A DNA stretch of 64,000 nt from Macrostomum lignano (lineage: Eukaryota). Location: assembly GCA_002269645.1 (NCBI GenBank), contig NIVC01001634.1, forward strand, positions 62,001 to 126,000, given 5' to 3'. Numbering within the stretch: the stretch's first letter is position 1; the number at the start of each line of letters is the position of its first letter. Shown in pieces: positions 46,485-59,409 of this stretch. Under the pieces are notes generated by a model. It saw nothing but the letters and a program-made list of their open reading frames with translations, searched no databases and was not told the DNA's origin. Made by a program: the position numbers and the translations under genes.

Positions 46485-48040
46485 TATAAAAGGAAATCCC
46501 ATTTAGGAGTAAAAATCCCAATCTACAATAGGAAATCCCATTAGGGGATAAGAATCCCAATCTACAATAGGAAATCCCATTAGGGGATAAGAATCCCAAT
46601 CTACAATAGGAGATCCCATTAGGGGATAAGAATCCCAATCTACAATAGGAGATCCCATTAGGGGATAAGAATCCCAATCTACAATAGGAGATCCCATTAG
46701 GGGTTAAGAATCCCAATCTACAATAGGAAATCCCATTTAGGAGTAAGAATCCCAATCTACAATAGGAAATCCCATTAGAAGATAAGAATCCCAATCTATA
46801 AAAGGAAATCCCATTTAGGAGTAAGAATCCCAATCTACAATAGAAAATCCCATTAGGGGATAAGAATCCCAATCTACAATAGGAAATCCCATTAGGAGAT
46901 AAGAATCCCAATCTACAATAGGAGATCCCATTAGGGGATAAGAATCCCAATCTACAATAGGAAATCCCATTAGGAGATAAGAATCCCAATCTACAATAGG
47001 AGATCCCATTAGGGGATAAGAATCCCAATCTACAATAGGAGATTCCATTAGGGGATAAGAATCCCAATCTACAATAGGAAATCCCATTAGGGGATAAGAA
47101 TCCCAATCTACAATAGGAAATCCCATTAGGGGATAAGAATCCCAATCTACAATAGGAGATTCCATTAGGGGATAAGAATCCCAATCTACAATAGGAGATC
47201 CCATTAGGGGATAAGAATCCCAATCTACAATAGGAAATCCCATTAGGGGATAAGAATCCCAATCTACAATAGGAATCCCATTAGGGGATAAGAATCCCAA
47301 TCTACAATAGGAAATCCCATTAGGGGATAAGAATCCCAATCTACAATAGGAAATCCCATTAGGGGATAAGAATCCCAATCTACAATAGGAAATCCCATTA
47401 GGGGATAAGAATCCCAATCTACAATAGGAGATTCCATTAGGGGATAAGAATCCCAATCTACAATAGGAAATCCCATTAGGGGATAAGAATCCCAATCTAC
47501 AATAGGAAATCCCATTAGGGGATAAGAATCCCAATCTACAATAGGAATCCCATTAGGGGATAAGAATCCCAATCTACAATAGGAAATCCCATTAGGGGAT
47601 AAGAATCCCAATCTACAATAGGAAATCCCATTAGGGGATAAGAATCCCAATCTACAATAGGAAATCCCATTAGGGGATAAGAATCCCAATCTACAATAGG
47701 AAATCCCATTAGGGGATAAGAATCCCAATCTACAATAGGAAATCCCATTAGGGGATAAGAATCCCAATCTACAATAGGAAATCCCATTAGGGGATAAGAA
47801 TCCCAATCTACAATAGGAGATTCCATTAGGGGATAAGAATCCCAATCTACAATAGGAGATCCCATTAGGGGATAAGAATCCCAATCTACAATAGGAAATC
47901 CCATTAGGGGATAAGAATCCCAATCTACAATAGGAGATCCCATTAGGGGATAAGAATCCCAATCTACAATAGGAAATCCCATTAGGAGATAAGAATCCCA
48001 ATCTACAATAGGAGATCCCATTAGGGGATAAGAATCCCCT
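46485..48040. repeat. 39-bp minisatellite (GAAATCCCATTAGGGGATAAGAATCCCAATCTACAATAG), about 40 copies
   Basis: The translation repeats every 13 aa. Confidence 0.97.
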
Positions 48041-48496
48041 ACAATCTTGTGTCTACTAGCCTACTAAATTCGTCTTGCTTGCAGCGATGACCCTGGAAAC
48101 ATGCGATTCTCTTCATTTTTTCCTTCTAGAATATTCGAAAATTGTAAGAAACTCCCGGAAGATAATTAGCTGATGGGGCAGGCAGGTGTGGCGCAGGAAA
48201 TTGGCTCTCACAATCATTGTTCTCTATTTCTGGTGCGGCAAAAACGCAGGTCACGTGGTTTGGCTTCTGCTTCGGGACTTAAGCTCGTCACTCGAATAGC
48301 TACTTGATAAACTCGAGAAAATCTTTAAGGTTTCCAGATTCCAAGCAGGATTTTATTGCCTTGCCTTTTTATTCTATTTTTACCATTTTCAAGAGCCGCA
48401 GGTGCCGCTCCTGCGGAGCTGCTCAAGATAATTGGCTCCAGGCACCGAGAGGCAAAGCAGAGTCACTCGAGCTGACAGACTCTTCTGACAAAAACT

Positions 48497-49135
48497 CTAG
48501 TTGTGACCATGGACTGTAGTTGTGACCATGGACTGTAGTTGTGACCATGGACTGTAGTTGTGACCATGGACTCTAGTTGTGACCATGGACTGTAGTTGTG
48601 ACCATGGACTGTAGTTGTGACCATGGACTCTAGTTGTGACCATGGACTCTAGTTGTGACCATAGATTGTAGTTGTGACCATGATTGTAGTTGTGACCATG
48701 GAGTCACTCTAGTTGTGACCATGGACTGTACGTTGTGACCATGGACTGTAGTTGTGACCATGGACTGTAGTTGTGACCATGGACTGTAGTTGTGACCATA
48801 GATTGTAGTTGTGACCATAGATTGTAGTTGTGACCATGATTGTAGTTGTGACCATAGATTGTAGTTGTGACCATGATTGTAGTTGTGACCATAGATTGTA
48901 GTTGTGACCATAGATTGATTTTGTGACCATAGATTGTAGTTGTGACCATAGATTGTAGTTGTGACCATGATTGTAGTTGTGACCATAGATTGTAGTTGTG
49001 ACCATGATTGTAGTTGTGACCATAGATTGTAGTTGTGACCATGATTGTAGTTGTGACCATAGATTGTAGTTGTGACCATAGATTGATTTTGTGACCATAG
49101 ATTGTAGTTGTGACCATAGACTCTAGTTTTAACCA
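48497..49135. repeat. 19-bp minisatellite (GTTGTGACCATGGACTGTA)
   Basis: Direct periodicity. Confidence 0.96.
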
Positions 49136-49684
49136 TAGGCCCGGGTTTGCGGGAAGTGGATAGAGAATATCACCAATCAGAACACACCAGGTCACTTTTT
49201 GTTAATAACTTTGAAGATTTTATTGAAATTTTACCAAGTCAAAAATATAAACTTGCAACAGGACACACGCGGAGTCACTAAGCGCAGATCAAGTGCATAT
49301 TTATAGTGAAATAGTCTATCATCTAGGAATTTAGATTAAGCCTAATTGTTTTGCATTGGATAAGTATGATAGTAAATATTACGCACAATACTGAATAATC
49401 GAAATGCACCCCGTGAACGGCGCAGAAAGACCAAATGACTGATGGACAGCTCTGCCCTCCCCTCTGCCCCCGCTGTCGCAGCGAAGGCAGAAATTAATTG
49501 ACTTCACGGGCAGCAAAATTGATGATGGATATGCAGGGAGGGTCAAGACGGTCGGAACCGGCCACTCTCCAGCTGAGAAAATTGACCCAGCTGTTGGACT
49601 GGACTGCACTGGATGGACCTGCCGCGTCAGGCGGGTTGCGGCGCTTTGAAGGTCACGCAATTATCACGCAATAATCACGAGTGA

Positions 49685-50400
49685 GCAATTAGGGGATCAG
49701 GTAATCAAGAATTAGAGGATTACGGTGACCGAAATTAGGGGATTAATTAACTGGGAATTAGGGGATTGATTAACTGGGAATTAGGGTATTGATTAACTGG
49801 GAATTAGGGGATTGATTAACTGGGAATTAGGGGATTGATTAACTGGGAATTAGGGGATTGATTAACTGGGAATTCGGGTATTGATTAACTGGGAATTAGG
49901 GGATTGATTAACTGGGAATTAGGGGATGAATTAACTGGGAATTAGGGGATGAATTAACTGGGAATTAGGGGATTAATTAACTGGGAATTAGGGTATTGAT
50001 TAACTGGGAATTAGGGGATTGATTAACTGGGAATTAGGGGATGAATTAGACAGAAATTAGGGGATGAATTTGACAGGAACTAGGGGATGAATTTGACAGG
50101 AACTAGGGGATGAATTTGACAGGAACTAGGGGTAGAATTAATTAGGAATTAGTGGATTTATTAACCATAAATTAGGGAATGAATTAACCAGGAATTAGGG
50201 GATGAATTAACCAGGAATTAGGGGATTGATTAACCATGAATTAGGGAATGAATTAAACAGAAATTAGGGGATGAATTAACCAGGAATTAGGGGATGAATT
50301 AACCAGGAATTAGGGGATGAATTAACCAGGAATTAGGGAATGAATTAGACAGAAATTAGGGGATTAATTAACCTGAATTAAACTGACATCAATTAGGGAT
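49685..50400. repeat. 23-bp minisatellite (GGGATTGATTAACTGGGAATTAG)
   Basis: Direct periodicity. Confidence 0.94.
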
Positions 50401-51339
50401 TAAGGAGTAAATATAATTCAGGCATTTACGTTGTGTGGAATTAGGCAATTTTGGGGCCAGAAATTAGGGTATTAAAGTTTTCTATTGGGCTGTTCAATGA
50501 AAAGCGTTAAAATTCATTTAATTCAAAGCTAAAATTCAAAAAAGGTTTTTCAAAATTTGTCAAGATTTTTTTTTGCTTCGTAGATTGATGCGTAAATATG
50601 TTCGGCATCTGAGCAGGGATTGGAGATCATATATTTAGTGAATCTTGTGGACGATCAAGGAGCCCAGAGATTAAGGATGCGAATGGCCACCACCCACGCT
50701 CTCTTTAGGGTTGGGTTGGCTCTCTCATCCCCATTCCCGTCTCCCCTCGATCTGTCTGAGATCCCGGACGCATAACTAAAAGATCTCGAAACCCAAATTT
50801 GTGTGGGAGGGTGCCCTGGCTTCCTGCTTACGTCCTACCTCGTTTATCAAACCCCGCCCCACGAGCACCGGCTCTGACTCCGTGTCATAAAACTATAAAC
50901 CCCCCTTGGCGTCATTAAGTGCAACAAGGTTTGTATGATGCTAGCAGAGGAAAGAGTACATAGTCTTTATTTGAGGTTTTATAGTAGAAAACAAATCACG
51001 TGACTCGCGATTTATTGATATCCAAGTTGGCAAGCTGCTATCTGCGCAGGACTGAACTTGCACTTTTGTGAGACTCGACTGAACAGAACGCGGCTGGATT
51101 CTGTCAGCTGATTATAGCTCTTACTGGTGACTTTAGTGCTTAGCAAATATAACTTTACCTATATTTGCTTGAACTTGTCTTTTGTCTATTGCTCTCAAAA
51201 AATTACAAGAATCGAATGAGTAAACGTTTTTACTTTAATATTGTTTCAATGCAAGCCTGCCTTTTGAATACTTTTATATTGACAAATATTTACATGAAGC
51301 AATTAAGAGCACACATTGTAGGCTTGAACAAGACGCATA

Positions 51340-51890
51340 TTGTGCTTTGGGGGCAGGGGTGTCGGGTTGTAAGTGTGGGGGTGGTTGTGTGGAGCCATTG
51401 CGCTCGGGGGGGCAGGGGGCTGGGGTGTGAAGTGTGGGTTGAGGGTTTTGTGTGGAGCTATTGTGCTTTGGGGCCAGGGGGCTGGGGTGTGAAGTGTGGG
51501 GGGAGGGGTTTGTGTGGAGCCATTGCGCTCGGGGGGGCAGGGAGCTGGGGTGTGAAGTGTGGGTTGAGGGTTTTGTGTGGAGCTATTGTGCTTTGGGGGC
51601 CAGGGGGCTGGGGTGTGAAGTGTGGGGGGAGGGGTTTGTGTGGAGCCATTGCGCTCGGGGGGGCAGGGAGCTGGGGTGTGAAGTGTGGGTTGAGGGTTTT
51701 GTGTGGAGCTATTGTGCTTTGGGGGCCAGGGTGCTGGGGTGTGAAGTGTGGGTTGAGGGTTTTGTGTGGAGCTATTGTGCTTTGGGGGCCAGGGGGCTGG
51801 GGTGTGAAGTGTGGGGGGAGGGGTTTGTGTGGAGCTATTGCGCTTTGGGGGCCAGGGTGCTGGGGTGTGAAATGTGGGGGGGGGTTTGTG
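51340..51890. repeat. G/T-rich minisatellite of about 62 bp
   Basis: GGGGTGTGAAGTGTGGG...TGTGGAGC recurs about 9 times. Confidence 0.9.
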
Positions 51891-52092
51891 CAGCTTCGGG
51901 AGCAAAGTACAAAGCTAGAATAAAACTTGACAAAGCAACAGAGCGTGGATTGATCTATGCTCGTGAATATATAGGCGATAAACTCCGTTATAAGCGAAGC
52001 ATTAGTAAACTCGGGATAATTAGAACCATTTGTGCGACAACAGCAATTCGTAACAATCAGTTTGATTTTTATGTATATACGTAGTCAGTGTT

Positions 52093-53301
52093 TTAAAAGT
52101 GAAAGTCTAAACTATCATCCGATGCCTGCCCAGAGATGGCACAGCCGCCGGTACAGCAGCAACTTTCCAGAATTTTCGAGAATTTCCGTCTCAGATAGTC
52201 CAAGCAGTTTCTGGCCCTCCGCTTGCAGAGCTGATTGCCGCACAGCACATAAGCGAACGGATCCAGCGCGCTATTAATGTGAACTAATAACTCCAGGTAG
52301 AAATTGCAGCGCCGATAGGCTGGCTCGCTAATCCGGATGAAGAGGCTCCAGTCTCCCAGGGCGGCTAGAACAGCTTGGGGCAGTCGGCATGCGATAAACA
52401 GCAGCACGAGAACCAGCAGAGTTCTCAGCGCTCTGCGATGCTGCCTGGCCAAACAGTCGCCTTTCACCTGGAGATGCATCTCGTCCGAGTTTCTCTGCCG
52501 AAGGTATCGACGATAATTAGCGTCGATAGAGTGACGCTGAAGTGAAGTCTGCTGCTGCTGCTGCTGCTGCTGCTGCACAGATAGCAGCGCCGACAGAGAA
52601 GTCTTCCGACAGTCAACCGGCACCCGACGCCCGCTAATCTTTATTCGCCGACTAACAATCAGATTGCAGGTGGCCAGGACGGTCAAGGCTAGGAGAAACT
52701 CCGACGCGATGTGCACTCGTTGAAGCAGATTCTGCAATTTGGAGCTGTTCCAGTCTGCTGGGAGCAGCAGACTCGGAGTCTGGCCCGCCAGAGCCACCAG
52801 CCACAGCACCGCGCAGGTGAGCAGCGGCGTAATCCTTGAGCTGGCGATCTTCCGCTGGCGGGCCATCGGCCTGATGACCTGTTCGGCTCGATCAACCGTC
52901 ACAGCGACCACCGCCCACACCGAGGCCGACTGTGCGCCCCTGACTGCCGCCTCTGTCCATCGGTGAGCACCCTCGGTCCACACGTACAGGTACCAGGTGC
53001 CGGGGGCGAGCAGAGCCAGGGTCAGGTCGGCCAGCGCCAAGTTGCTCAGGAAAATTTTTCGACGAGTGGACCGAGTTGACGATGTGCTGGTGGCCAGAGC
53101 CGCCAGGTTGGCCAGCGAGCCCACTAGAAAACTCAGCAGAGTCACGGATGCGAGAATTGAAGCTTCCACAGGTTGGACAGCGGAGCTTGTGAAGTTTGCC
53201 TCAGCGAAGTCTGGCATTCTGCCAATAGAGAATGATACACTCGCGCTGATAGTGAAGTGTCTTGGAAAAAGCAAGACAGAGAGAACTGCGCACTGCCCCA
53301 A
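52093..53301 (-). CDS. Orphan class A (rhodopsin-like) GPCR, intronless CDS. The true start may be Met29 at 53217
   Basis: Seven hydrophobic segments with TM1 GSLAN, TM2 FLSNLALADL, TM3 VDRA, TM4 W, TM6 FIACRLP and TM7 INSALDPFAY. N-glycosylation sequon NFT in the N-terminus. Confidence 0.9.
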   Translation of the reverse strand: MGQCAVLSVLLFPRHFTISASVSFSIGRMPDFAEANFTSSAVQPVEASILASVTLLSFLVGSLANLAALATSTSSTRSTRRKIFLSNLALADLTLALLAPGTWYLYVWTEGAHRWTEAAVRGAQSASVWAVVAVTVDRAEQVIRPMARQRKIASSRITPLLTCAVLWLVALAGQTPSLLLPADWNSSKLQNLLQRVHIASEFLLALTVLATCNLIVSRRIKISGRRVPVDCRKTSLSALLSVQQQQQQQQQTSLQRHSIDANYRRYLRQRNSDEMHLQVKGDCLARQHRRALRTLLVLVLLFIACRLPQAVLAALGDWSLFIRISEPAYRRCNFYLELLVHINSALDPFAYVLCGNQLCKRRARNCLDYLRRKFSKILESCCCTGGCAISGQASDDSLDFHF

Positions 53302-53611
53302 TGGGAGGCCTGCAGGTGGCTTTATATAGACTGAGGCAAATGGCTACCTCGGGATGAGGATAAGAAGGCTTAGAAGCCAATAGGAATCGCTTGCGGATGG
53401 CGGATACGGGCGGCCAATGTACTGAATTATTAAGCGTCCTGCAACAGATATCCTTTATCTGTATGTTAGAGGCCAAGGCATTTCCAAGGTTATATCCTCT
53501 TGGGATGAGGTCATGACTAAACTGGGATTCCAGAGGCCAGACGGATGTCACGGGTTGTCGTGAGGCGATGTAGTGGATTGAAGATCAGATCGGGTTAGAA
53601 AATCACCAGGA

Positions 53612-54125
53612 TAGGGCACTGAAGTACAGAGGAAAGGGCACTGAAGTACAGAGGAAAGGGCACTGAAGTACAGAGGAAAGGGCACTGAAGTACAGAGGAA
53701 AGGGCACTGAAGTACAGAGGAAAGGGCACTGAAGTACAGAGGAAAGGGCACTGAAGTACAGAGGAAAGGGGCACTGAAGTACAGAGGAAAGGGCACTGAA
53801 GTACAGAGGAAAGGGGCACTGAAGTACAGAGGAAAGGGGCACTGAAGTGAAGAGAAAAAGGGGCACTGAAGTGAAGAGAAAAAGGGGCACTGAAAAACAG
53901 AGGAAAGGGGCACTGAAGTACAGAGGAAAGGGGCACTGAAGTGAAGAGAAAAAGGGGCACTGAAGTGAAGAGAAAAAGGGGCACTGAAAAACAGAGGAAA
54001 GGGGCACTGAAAAACAGAGGAAAGGGGCACTGAAGTACAGAGGAAAGGGGCACTGAAGTACAGAGGAAAGGGGCACTGAAGTACAGAGAAAAGGGGCACT
54101 GAAGTGAAGAGGAAAGGGGCACTGA
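53612..54125. repeat. 22-bp minisatellite (GGGCACTGAAGTACAGAGGAAA), probably in a 5'UTR intron of the GPCR
   Basis: Direct periodicity; minus-strand donor-like AAG|GTAAAA at 54148. Confidence 0.94.
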
Positions 54126-54499
54126 TGTAAAGAACGAATGTATTTTACCTTGCACATAGCGGTTTATTTATTTGCTTTTCATTCATCTTTTCCGTTGAGA
54201 AAAGTTCCGTATATCCACCCAGAAATTTGAGGGCGCACACGTGGCTAAATATTGGAACAATTTCGCCACAATCATTGCCCCACAGCTGGTTATAAATGCT
54301 GCATATCAGCAAGCATCGGGCGCATCCGTATTCCAGTTCATCGCTAGGCATCGCAGATGTCCCCATTGAACTTTCAGGGTAGAAATTACTGGCTCTCGCG
54401 GTAATCGGGTAATGCAGCTGTGCAATTAAGGAGCTTTCAATTGCGCAACTGGTGGATACAAGGGCATGGTTAAAAGAACGTAGTTCCAGTACCAGGAGG

Positions 54500-55900
54500 G
54501 AGAGAGAGGGAGATAGGAAGACGGGAAGAGGGTGAGAGGAGGACAGGGAGAGAGTGAAAAGTGAGAGAGGGAGAGTGTGAGACAATGCGAGGGAGAGGGT
54601 GAGAGGGGGAGAGGGCGAGAGAGGAAGAGGGTGAGAGAGGAAGAGGGTGAGAGAGGGAGAGGGTGACAGAGGGAGAGGGTGAGAGAGGGAGAGGGTGAGA
54701 GAGGGAGAGGGTGAGAGAGGGAGAGGGTGGGAGAGGGAGAGGGTAGGAGAGGGAGAGGGTGAGATAGGGAGAGGGTGAGAGAGGAAGAGGGTGACAGAAG
54801 GAGAAGGTGAGAGAGGAAGAGGGTGACAGAGGGAGAAGGTGAGAGAGGAAGAGGGTGACAGAGGGAGAAGGTGAGAGAGGAAGAGGGTGACAGAGGGAGA
54901 AGGTGAGAGAGGAAGAGGGTGACAGAGGGAGAGGGTGAGAGAGGAAGAGGGTGACAGAGGGAGAGGGTGAGAGAGGAAGAGGGTGACAGAGGGAGAGGGT
55001 GAGAGAGGAAGAGGGTGACAGAAGGAGAAGGTGAGAGAGGAAGAGGGTGACAGAGGGAGAGGGTGAGAGAGGAAGAGGGTGACAGAGGGAGAGGGTGAGA
55101 GAGGAAGAGGGTGACAGAGGGAGAGGGTGAGAGAGGAAGAAGGTGACAGAGGGATAGGGTGAGAGAGGAAGAGGGTGACAGAGGGAGAGGGTGAGAGAGG
55201 AAGAGGGTGACAGAGGGAGAGGGTGAGAGAGGAAGAGGGTGACAGAGGGAGAGGGTGAGAGAGGAAGAGGGTGACAGAGGGAGAGGGTGAGAGAGGAAGA
55301 GGGTGACAGAGGGAGAGGGTGAGAGAGGAAGAGGGTGACAGAGGGAGAGGGTGAGAGAGGAAGAGGGTGACAGAGGGAGAGGGTGAGAGAGGAAGAGGGT
55401 GACAGAGGGAGAGGGTGAGAGAGGAAGAGGGTGACAGAGGGAGAGGGTGAGAGAGGAAGAGGGTGACAGAGGGAGAGGGTGAGAGAGGAAGAGGGTGACA
55501 GAGGGAGAGGGTGAGAGAGGAAGAGGGTGACAGAGGGAGAGGGTGAGAGAGGAAGAGGGTGACAGAGGGAGAAGGTGAGAGAGGAAGAGGGTGACAGAGG
55601 GAGAGGGTGAGAGAGGAAGAGGGTGACAGAGGGAGAGGGTGAGAGAGGAAGAGGGTGACAGAGGGAGAGGGTGAGAGAGGAAGAGGGTGACAGAGGGAGA
55701 GGGTGAGAGAGGAAGAGGGTGACAGAGGGAGAGGGTGAGAGAGGAAGAGGGTGACAGAGGGAGAAGGTGAGAGAGGAAGAGGGTGACAGAGGGAGAGGGT
55801 GAGAGAGGGAGATGGTGACAGAGGGAGAAGTGAGAGAGAAGGTGAGAGAGGAAGTGACAGAGGGAGAGGGTGAGAGAGGGAGAGGGCGAGAGAGGGAGAG
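54500..55900. repeat. 32-bp GA-rich minisatellite (GAGGGTGACAGAGGGAGAGGGTGAGAGAGGAA)
   Basis: Direct periodicity. Confidence 0.96.
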
Positions 55901-56175
55901 CCGTACAGCCTGGAGCTGCTCAGACAATGGCAATAGCAGTTGCCTCTTTTGAATCTAGAAATATTTCGGAGAGCCTTAGCAAAAAAACGACACAGGCAGC
56001 TAATCAGTCAGATGAAGCGCAGCGGCTCGCAGTTCCCTGGTGGTCTTTTGATCTTTTTTGCTCAGCCGAAAGCTGCTTTGTTCTGCCTCTGCCAGTCTGC
56101 ACCTGCCCTGCAAATCCTTCACTGCGGGAATTTTTTAACAGAGTCAGTTTTTTTCGCCGAAAAAGTAAAGCATTG

Positions 56176-56350
56176 CATGCCACTGCTCACAGGGGAATTG
56201 CTGAGATGCCACTGCTCACAGGGGGAATTGCTGAGATGCCACTGCTCACAGGGGAATTGCTGAGATGCCACTGCTCACAGGGGAATTGCTGAGATGCCAC
56301 TGCTCACTGCAATTCTCAGCAGTGGAATTGCTGAGATGCCACTGCTCACT
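56176..56350. repeat. 29-bp tandem repeat (ATGCCACTGCTCACAGGGGAATTGCTGAG)
   Basis: About 5-6 copies. Confidence 0.9.
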
Positions 56351-56554
56351 CAATGAAGTGCTCTCTCAATTTTGTTAAAAATGGGTAATGCAAAAAGCAA
56401 AATCAAATCTAGAAATTATGCACAAACAAAGGTCAGCAATGGTTATGTGGAATTGTCAATTGAGCTGCAAGAATTTAGCCACAAATTAAAGTTATTCTGG
56501 CAGTAAATTGCAATGGCATCAGTGCCGGAGGTTCTGGCGGCACTCCCGCAAATA

Positions 56555-56920
56555 ATGGGATGGTACACAGTGGCTAATGGGATGGTACACAGTGGCTAAT
56601 GGGACGGTACACAGTGGCTAATGGGATGGTACACAGTGGCTAATGGAGATGGTACACAGTGGCTAATGGGATAGTACACAGCACCTAATGGGATGGTACA
56701 CCGTTGCTAATGGGATGGTACACCGTTGCCAATGGAGATGGTACACAGTGGCTAATGGGATAGTACACCGTTGCTAATGGAGATGGTACACAGTGGCTAA
56801 TGGGAATAGTACACAGCAGCTAATGGGAATAGTACACAGCAGCTAATGGGAATAGTACACAGCAGCTAATTGGAATAGTACACAGCAGCTAATGTGAATA
56901 GTACACAGCAGCTGATGGGA
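56555..56920. repeat. 22-bp minisatellite (GGATGGTACACAGTGGCTAATG)
   Basis: Direct periodicity. Confidence 0.92.
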
Positions 56921-57454
56921 TTCCAGTGCCGGATCAAGAGAAGCACCGCATGCTCTTATAATTTCTGATTGCCTGGACAAATGTGAAGGTTGCAGTGTCC
57001 GACAAAACTAATGCAAGATTTCCAAGGCCGTCATTTGCCTGTTCAGTCAAGCGAAAAATAATTTTAAAAAAGTCGATTAGCTTTCACACTTAATCCTTTC
57101 GTCGCTTCTGTCATGCATGAAGTTGAAGCAGCCCTCTAACATGAAAGTCAACTGCCATCTCACCTCTTCTCAGTGTCTGGCCAGCTGAACACCTTTGTCA
57201 TTATACTGTGAAAGTCCCCGAATTTGTCTATGGCGTAACCCCATTCAGCGACTATGAGTTCTCCAGAGCACACCTGCGCTGCCTACCAGCCTTTCTAAGA
57301 AAATGAAAGAATGTCTAAGAAAATAGAGTGCAGCCCCGGCGCGGTTGGCATTGGTTTTGACACAAGTTACATTTGTCTACAGTGCCAGTTTTAACATTCT
57401 AATACTGAGTTTTAACATTGAATGACACTTTGACACGCTGCGTTGACGCTTATT

Positions 57455-58252
57455 TGACACTGCCCGACTCTCACCTGACACTCACCTGACACTCACCTGA
57501 CACTCATCGGACACTGTCCGACATTCATCTGACACTGCCCGACACTCATATGACACTCATCTGACACTGCCCGGCCGACACTCATTTGACACTGCCCGAC
57601 ATTCATATGACACTGCCCGACATTCATCTGACACTGCCCGACACTCATATGACACTGTCCGACACTCACCTGACACTCATTTGACACTGCCCGACATTCA
57701 TATGACACTGCCCGACATTCATCTGACACTGCCCGACACTCACCTGACACTCACCTGACACTGCCCGACACTCATCTGACACTGCCCGACACTTACCTGA
57801 CACTCATTTGACACTGCCCGACATTCATATGACACTGCCCGACATTCATCTGACACTGCCCGACACTCACCTGACACTCATTTGACACTGCCCGACATTC
57901 ATCTGACACTCACCTGACACTCACCTGACACTCACCTGACACTGCCCGACACTCATCTGACACTGCCCGACACTTACCTGACACTCATTTGACACTGCCC
58001 GACATTCATATGACACTGCCCGACATTCATCTGACACTGCCCGACACTCACCTGACACTCATTTGACACTGCCCGACATTCATCTGACACTCACCTGACA
58101 CTGCCCGACACTCATCTGACACTGCCCGACACTCACCTGACACTCATTTGACACTGCCTGACACTTATCTGACACTGCCTGACATTCATCTGACACTGCC
58201 CGACACTCACCTGACATTCATCTGACACTGCCCGACACTCATCTGACACTGA
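57455..58252. repeat. Compound 10-11-bp subunit minisatellite (GACACTGCCC / GACACTCATCT)
   Basis: Direct periodicity. Confidence 0.94.
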
Positions 58253-58447
58253 TCTGAGCAGCATACCAAGATCCTATAGTTGCCCATGAGCTACGCGAGA
58301 GGCAAAGCCAATTCCCATCTAACAAAATGCAGTTTTAAATACAAGTACGATTCAGCTACTAAAAGTAGCGCAGAAGAAAATATTTATATTTAGTCCAGTT
58401 TTATTAACGCGCTTGCATTTTAGCTCAATCAAGTATAGAAATTCCAG

Positions 58448-58945
58448 TCATTTATCCAGTGACCTCAGCACCCGGTCCTGATTGAACACTCTCTCCTCGT
58501 GACTCAGCACCGGATCTTTCCTACGCCTGTGCGACTGAACCGCTACGTCGTCATCTGCTGGATCTCGTTCAGCCAATCTAGTCCTGGCGTGCTCCTGGGT
58601 TGCCATGGCAACCGACCGGCGATATAGATCCGGATGCACAGATCCGCAGGCAAGCATTGGCCAGGCTAGCGAGAGGCTGAGCTCCTTGTAGCCAATCTGT
58701 CGATCAGACATCAATCGATCGCGGTTAATCGTCTCCTCAACAGACAGGTGCCGCAGGTGGGGCGCCAGCGAGTATTTGAGCTCTTTGGATTGCGCCTCAT
58801 CAACTGGACAATGCTGGTACACTTTGGGCGGATTTCGAATCCGCATTCGAGCCAGATGTTGTTCACCAGACTCTGCTGCGCCGCTCGATGGCTTCAGCTG
58901 CAGCTCGCAGCCTTCCAGAGAGACTCTCTGCTTGAAGCGACTCAT
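58448..58945 (-). CDS. Hypothetical protein, 165 aa, hydrophilic
   Basis: ATG-initiated, non-repetitive, GC-rich ORF between two minisatellites, with an acceptor-like GCACAG about 22 nt upstream of the ATG. I recognise no family. Confidence 0.6.
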   Translation of the reverse strand: MSRFKQRVSLEGCELQLKPSSGAAESGEQHLARMRIRNPPKVYQHCPVDEAQSKELKYSLAPHLRHLSVEETINRDRLMSDRQIGYKELSLSLAWPMLACGSVHPDLYRRSVAMATQEHARTRLAERDPADDDVAVQSHRRRKDPVLSHEERVFNQDRVLRSLDK

Positions 58946-59409
58946 TTCTAGTAGCTTCTTCTAGTAGCTGTGCGGCCAAGATAAGTGAAAGCAACACAGA
59001 ACTCGTTGCTGTTTGTGTTTTTTAACCAATTAATATTATACCTTGCCCAATGGGTCAGAGAGAGACAGAGACAAGAGACACATAATTAATTACGAGAAAA
59101 AATTATTTGCATAGCAACCGCATAGCAACGCCTCACTAGCGCCTTGGTTGGAGACAAGAATTAAATGCAAGGAGAGAAGTGAAGGCACTGCACAGGCCAA
59201 GCACTGACAGGAAGAACTGAAGAGATTTTCGTATTTTTATAGCAAAGGCTTTCTTTATCCATTAAAAGCAATTTACCTACAGCGTAGCTGAGGCACCTAA
59301 ACCGGCAATGTACAAACTACTTATTGGAAAATACTTTGCTCTCTAGCAAATCTAACAGTACCGACCCGAATCGAAGTGTCGGTATCTAACATCCCAAAAA
59401 TCTAACACA

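Noticed and set aside
46474-48040. 39-bp array as CRISPR or repeat protein
   Set aside because: No spacers; the frames switch at single-base indels.
49512-49675. Short GC-rich ORF (MMDMQGGSRR..., about 50 aa) near ETS- and CCAAT-like motifs at 49150-49185
   Set aside because: Too short, with no downstream exon or homology I can support; it may be a UTR or non-coding exon.
54470-55933. 487-aa Ser/Pro/Leu ORF
   Set aside because: Translation of a GA-rich 32-bp repeat.
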